Positions 59,861 to 64,000 of a DNA stretch of 64,000 bases are shown here, one piece after another. Position 1 is the first letter of the stretch. Each line of letters opens with the position of its first letter. A model generated the notes under the pieces. The model was not told where the DNA came from, did no database searches, and saw only the letters and a list, made by a program, of their open reading frames with translations. The DNA is from Eukaryota sp. GEM-RC1. Lineage: Eukaryota. The position numbers were made by a program, and so were the translations under genes. The DNA lies in assembly GCA_040285855.1 (NCBI GenBank), contig JAUFOQ010000002.1:434001-498000 (forward strand), read 5' to 3'.

Positions 59861-60468
59861 CATAGTACACAAAACACCGGGCGTGTTTGACCACGGTGTT
59901 GAGTGTGAACGTGTTCTGAACGTGTTGTAAATTTCGAAAGGGTGGATACGGTGTTTTTCGTTATTGATTGTTTCCAAGTTATTGTATGAAAATGGTCTCA
60001 AATATACGAAATCTTTGCTGCATAAAAGCTCGTGAGTACAAATAGGAACTCTCTGGACTCGGAATTGATAGACTTTTGACGTATACCTCTCAACTAGTTG
60101 GAAACTACATATGAGTCTCCAGTTGTTCAAGATGAAATGTGCTTCAATTCACAGGAACATTTAAACTGATATTTGGGTTTGGAAGAAAGGCTAACAGTGT
60201 GACTTGTACATCAATGTCTTTCTTTACACTCACAGTGCACCGGAAATAATCGTGGCCAGTAGTGATACCATGGTAAAGGCTGTGTTACACGAATTCACGT
60301 ACAATGGATGTATTCGATCACTGAAGGTCATACTTTTTTGAAGAGAGAGTTGGAGGAAAAGTTTGTGTGGTTGGGTGGCGGTGTTGTAGCGGTGTTCGAC
60401 ACGGTGTTGAGTGTGAACGTGTTCTGAACGTGTTTTAACTGGAAGAACACGTGTTTTAGTGTACTATG
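59861..60468. mobile_element. hAT MITE (GAACGTGTT family)
   Basis: TIR CATAGTACAC/GTGTACTATG; perfect TSD GTTCAAAT; internal direct repeat CACGGTGTTGAGTGTGAACGTGTTCTGAACGTGTT near both ends. Confidence 0.88.
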
Positions 60469-61181
60469 GTTCAAATAGTATTCATTTAGTGGCATTGATA
60501 CAATTAAGTAGAAAAACTATAGTCTTGAGTATCGATCAAATTTGCTACTCTTACACTTCTTTTTAGTTGATGTTGAGTTATTGTTTCTACTCGTTTTTCC
60601 TACACATTGAGAAATTAACTCCACATCTAAATCTTCATCTATCGTCAAAAACACTAACTAGAGTTTCTGGAATCTCTTCCTGAACAATTGGTTCGACTTC
60701 AACGATTCCTTCATTATCATCTTCATCATCTTCAAAGACCGGTAATAAGCATTCTAACCTGGAATCAGTGTACTAACTTATTGTACAGTTTATAAATAAA
60801 TAACAAAGTTATTATTCATAATCCAATTTTATCCAGACTGTATGAAGTTGTGATCCGTGTTATCACAAACAAACTGTTATTAATTTTTAATTAGTTCAGT
60901 TCGTACTCCATATAATGAACTGATCATCTTCTTTATATTTAATAATCCTTGTTTCTGTGTATATACTCATTAGAAAATGCTTGGGTTATCATAGTCTCTG
61001 TTAGAAATATTGTATATTTTCAACTCGTATTACGCACTTTTATCAAACTCTCTTTCCACAACTCAAATGTGTGTATTCAGAATTAATTAAATGTATTCTC
61101 ACGTAGAGTAGAAAACTTCAATGTTAGTGTCTCATGAAGAACAAACAATAATTTTTATTCAAACATATCTATACACACCAA

Positions 61182-63726
61182 CTAATTTGCTTTGACAATG
61201 GGCCAATCCTTTTCAAACAAAAGAGTTTCAGAAGCTGGAAGACCCCAGTGGAATACATTGTAGACGTGATTGGTCTTCAATTTACAATCGAAGAACCACA
61301 AGAAACACTTCCAAACCTTAGCAAAGGCATTAACATCAACATTAGCAGGAGACATTCTGTGGGTGGCTTTGAAGCCGACGGAACACATACTGCCAGTAAC
61401 ATGGGCTTCAGGGATCAATTGACTGTTGAGAGATCCAGTAATTTCAACTCCAGCTATGGTTAATAGAAAACAGAAAAGAACATACCAGCAATGATCAAAA
61501 GATTAATTTGAGCAGATCCATGAACAGAGACAACAGCATTAGGAATAAGATCCACCTTGGCACTTAAATCACCATCACAAAGCTCCCATCCCCATTGCAT
61601 TTTGAAGTTAAGAGAAGCTCCGACTTTGACTTCTAAGGGAATGACTGAAATGAAGAAGACCCAAGAGTATGAAACACCAGGGGTTGTTTGGAAAATGTCC
61701 TTGACGTGATGACGACAGTCATAGGCTTCAAGAGGTTTGGAGTAGATAACGTTGTCCCAAACAGTGACCAGAATACGATCAGCAAGGGGAGCCATGTTGA
61801 CCTTTCCATAGACAATCTCAGCAAGGGCGGCTGAATGAGTGGAATCGAACAATCTGACAGTGACTTCAGCACGAGCAAGAGCTTCATAGTTGAAAGTAGG
61901 ATGATGACAGTCAAAGTTAGATCCAGCAAAGAGCTCTAGTTCAGCCTTGAGTCCTGCAGTAGAACCACCGATTTCCTTTGTTTTAGTATATGAGACGTTA
62001 TAGGGCATAACTGATTCAGTTAAATCATTAGCAACAACAGATAATCTCTGAGCTACTTTCTGAGCAGCAATTCTGACCTGTTCAGAAGCATCCTTTTGGC
62101 CAACAGAAATCATTTGAGAAATGAGAGAAACATCACCAGAATTACCAGAAACTCTTCTCTTTCTAAGGGCGGTTAAAGCATGAGCACGAACATCGCTATC
62201 TACACTGGACACACCAGCCATTAAGAAGTCCTTGATATCATAAAAGTTGATAGCATCACCAGCATTTCCAACGGCAGCTAGAACAATCTCCTTGGGCAGA
62301 GAAGACTTGAAGAGAGCAACTAAGTACTTGGCAAGTAAATTTCTAGTTTCACCGTCTACTTTTTCAGCTAACCCACCAAGAGCTAGGATAGAGTTGAATC
62401 TGACAGTCTCATCATTGTGAGAATCAGCTTGTTGCATTAAAGCTTCAACTAAACCAACAGTGGGAGATCTGCAGTTCATAGCAACAACGACAGCTTCCTC
62501 AACAACAGAGACGTGCTCATTGAAAGGAGAAGAGACGAAGGCGGCCAATACATCACTACTAGCTGAGGTTTGAGCGGCGGCAAGAGAATAAAGACCCATT
62601 CGAACAGTTCCAATAGCTTCCTCCTTGGCAGCTTCGTTGACAGCCTTGAATACTGCCTTTAACAAAACATCTGAGTCTGTAGATGATTCAAGCTCAGAGA
62701 CCAAGCGCTGAACACGAAGCATTGGGTTGTGCTTTTCTGATTCAATGTTTCTGGCGGAATCAAAGAGGATATAGGCAACGTCAGCAGGTTGAATTTCAGA
62801 AGGACGCAGGGTTTGAGTGAACTGGACAGCTACGGCCATATCAAAGAGACCAGAGGCAGTGAGGTTTCCTTCTTTTCCAAAGCAAACACGTGATTGTAAC
62901 CAAGGGCATTGGAGGGTCCGGCGTTGAAAGACTTGGCAAGTCCTAGGGTAAGTTCACCATTGGTGTTGAAGTTCACGGAGACGTCACCACTGTTGGCGGC
63001 TTTCAAAACAACGAGGTTGTGGAGGACTCTTGTGGCTTGATGTTTTCCAGAGACGACGGTTGCATGACCTTCACCTTGGAAAGAGATCATGTTGGCAGAA
63101 ACACGGGAATCAGAGAATTGCTTGAAATCAGTCTGACGGAAAGTTTTTTTGAGAGTCAAAGAGGAAGATGAGGAGGGAATTCCATTGACATCGGAGTAAT
63201 GAATACCCAGGGGATCACTTTCCAAAACTCTGAGGGAGGAGTCGGTGAGGGTGACATGGAAGGAGTTGATCACACCAAGTTTGATGCGGACGAGGCGATC
63301 GTCGTCTTTGGTGTATCTCCAAACGCGGAGGACTTCTCCTTGGGCGTTCATTTCAAAGAACATGTCAAGACCGAGGGAACCAGCGTTGATGGAAGGGAAT
63401 TGCTTGTTTCCAGAGACTTGGGGGCTTTCAAGGGGATACCACTCGGCTGTGTTGGCTCTGTCGGTTGCGGATACTTTGGTATCGAAGCAGTTGAATACAA
63501 ACATGAACTTTGCAGTGCTGCCAGATCCAGCTTTTTCAGTACATCGCATAGCAGCGAGTGATCGAAGGTGTCCTTTGGCTCCAGTGTATGTAGCCTTGTC
63601 ATCAACAGGTTTGGTAATGATTCCAGATTCGGTATCGTAATGAAGTTCATCACCCACGTTGTAGGTGAGAAAAGGTCCGGCAAAGCATACAGAGATGCAA
63701 ATCGCTATCAGTAAAATGAGTTTCAT
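61182..63726 (-). CDS. Large secreted protein (about 835 aa) with beta / alpha-solenoid / beta layout, vitellogenin-N/MTP-like; intron 61454-61485 (32 nt); frameshift inferred near 62873-62876
   Basis: Signal peptide; HEAT-like middle (ILALGGL, LAAVGNAG, VRAHALTALR, VRIAA); the spliced junction LLIIAAGVEITGSL joins the last ORF. Family call is tentative. Confidence 0.6.
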
Positions 63727-64000
63727 GGAGGAGAGAATATGGACTTTTAGTTCGATCTAATTTAATTGCTTCATATCTCAAAAAATGAATCATAAAAATA
63801 TGATGTACTTAATATTCAGCATGTTCGACGGTTCAGTACAGCTCATAAACCGCTTTAGTTCAAGGGTGAATGAACCAAAGTGAACGGATTGAATCTGTCT
63901 TCTTCAGAAATCCAAATATCTTGTAAGTATTATCAGATTCAAATAGAATGATCAGTCACCCCATTTCATTGGACGAGTACGTCATGGCCCAATTCACATT

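Overview
Eukaryotic nuclear DNA from an AT-rich flagellated protist: it carries CEP104 and CEP44, uses the standard genetic code, and a metamonad-like anaerobe is only an inference. Gene-dense blocks with spacers as short as 23-55 bp alternate with transposon islands. Genes: an E2F-like factor, NCKX exchanger, CEP104, SLC12 cotransporter, eIF2-alpha, an LKB1-like kinase, V-ATPase d, GluRS, an APD/DUF4793-like membrane protein, a USP, ESF2/ABT1, presenilin, CEP44, two near-identical H4-H3-H2B-H2A clusters, a NUP42-like FG protein, an OFA-family MFS transporter, a secreted LRR protein, ALG8, a HAD-IIA hydrolase and a large secreted lipid-transfer-like protein. Nine micro-introns (27-32 nt, one GC-AG) can be reconstructed, and all have an A exactly 7 nt from the 3' end. 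All eight histone genes carry a variant 6-bp/4-nt 3' stem-loop. About 11 single-base frameshifts interrupt conserved genes, mostly at homopolymers, and are probably long-read errors. Mobile DNA comprises more than a dozen non-autonomous hAT elements (many with 8-bp TSDs, nested, each with its own subterminal motif), pogo/Tc1-type elements with TA TSDs, an intact DD34E transposase facing an orphan ORF, and decayed RLE-type non-LTR 3' ends. The most unusual object is a 266-bp element (43293-43558). Its perfect 60-bp terminal inverted repeats each contain the same perfect 42-bp palindrome, and they enclose a tRNA-like Pol III A/B-box unit that folds into a rod.
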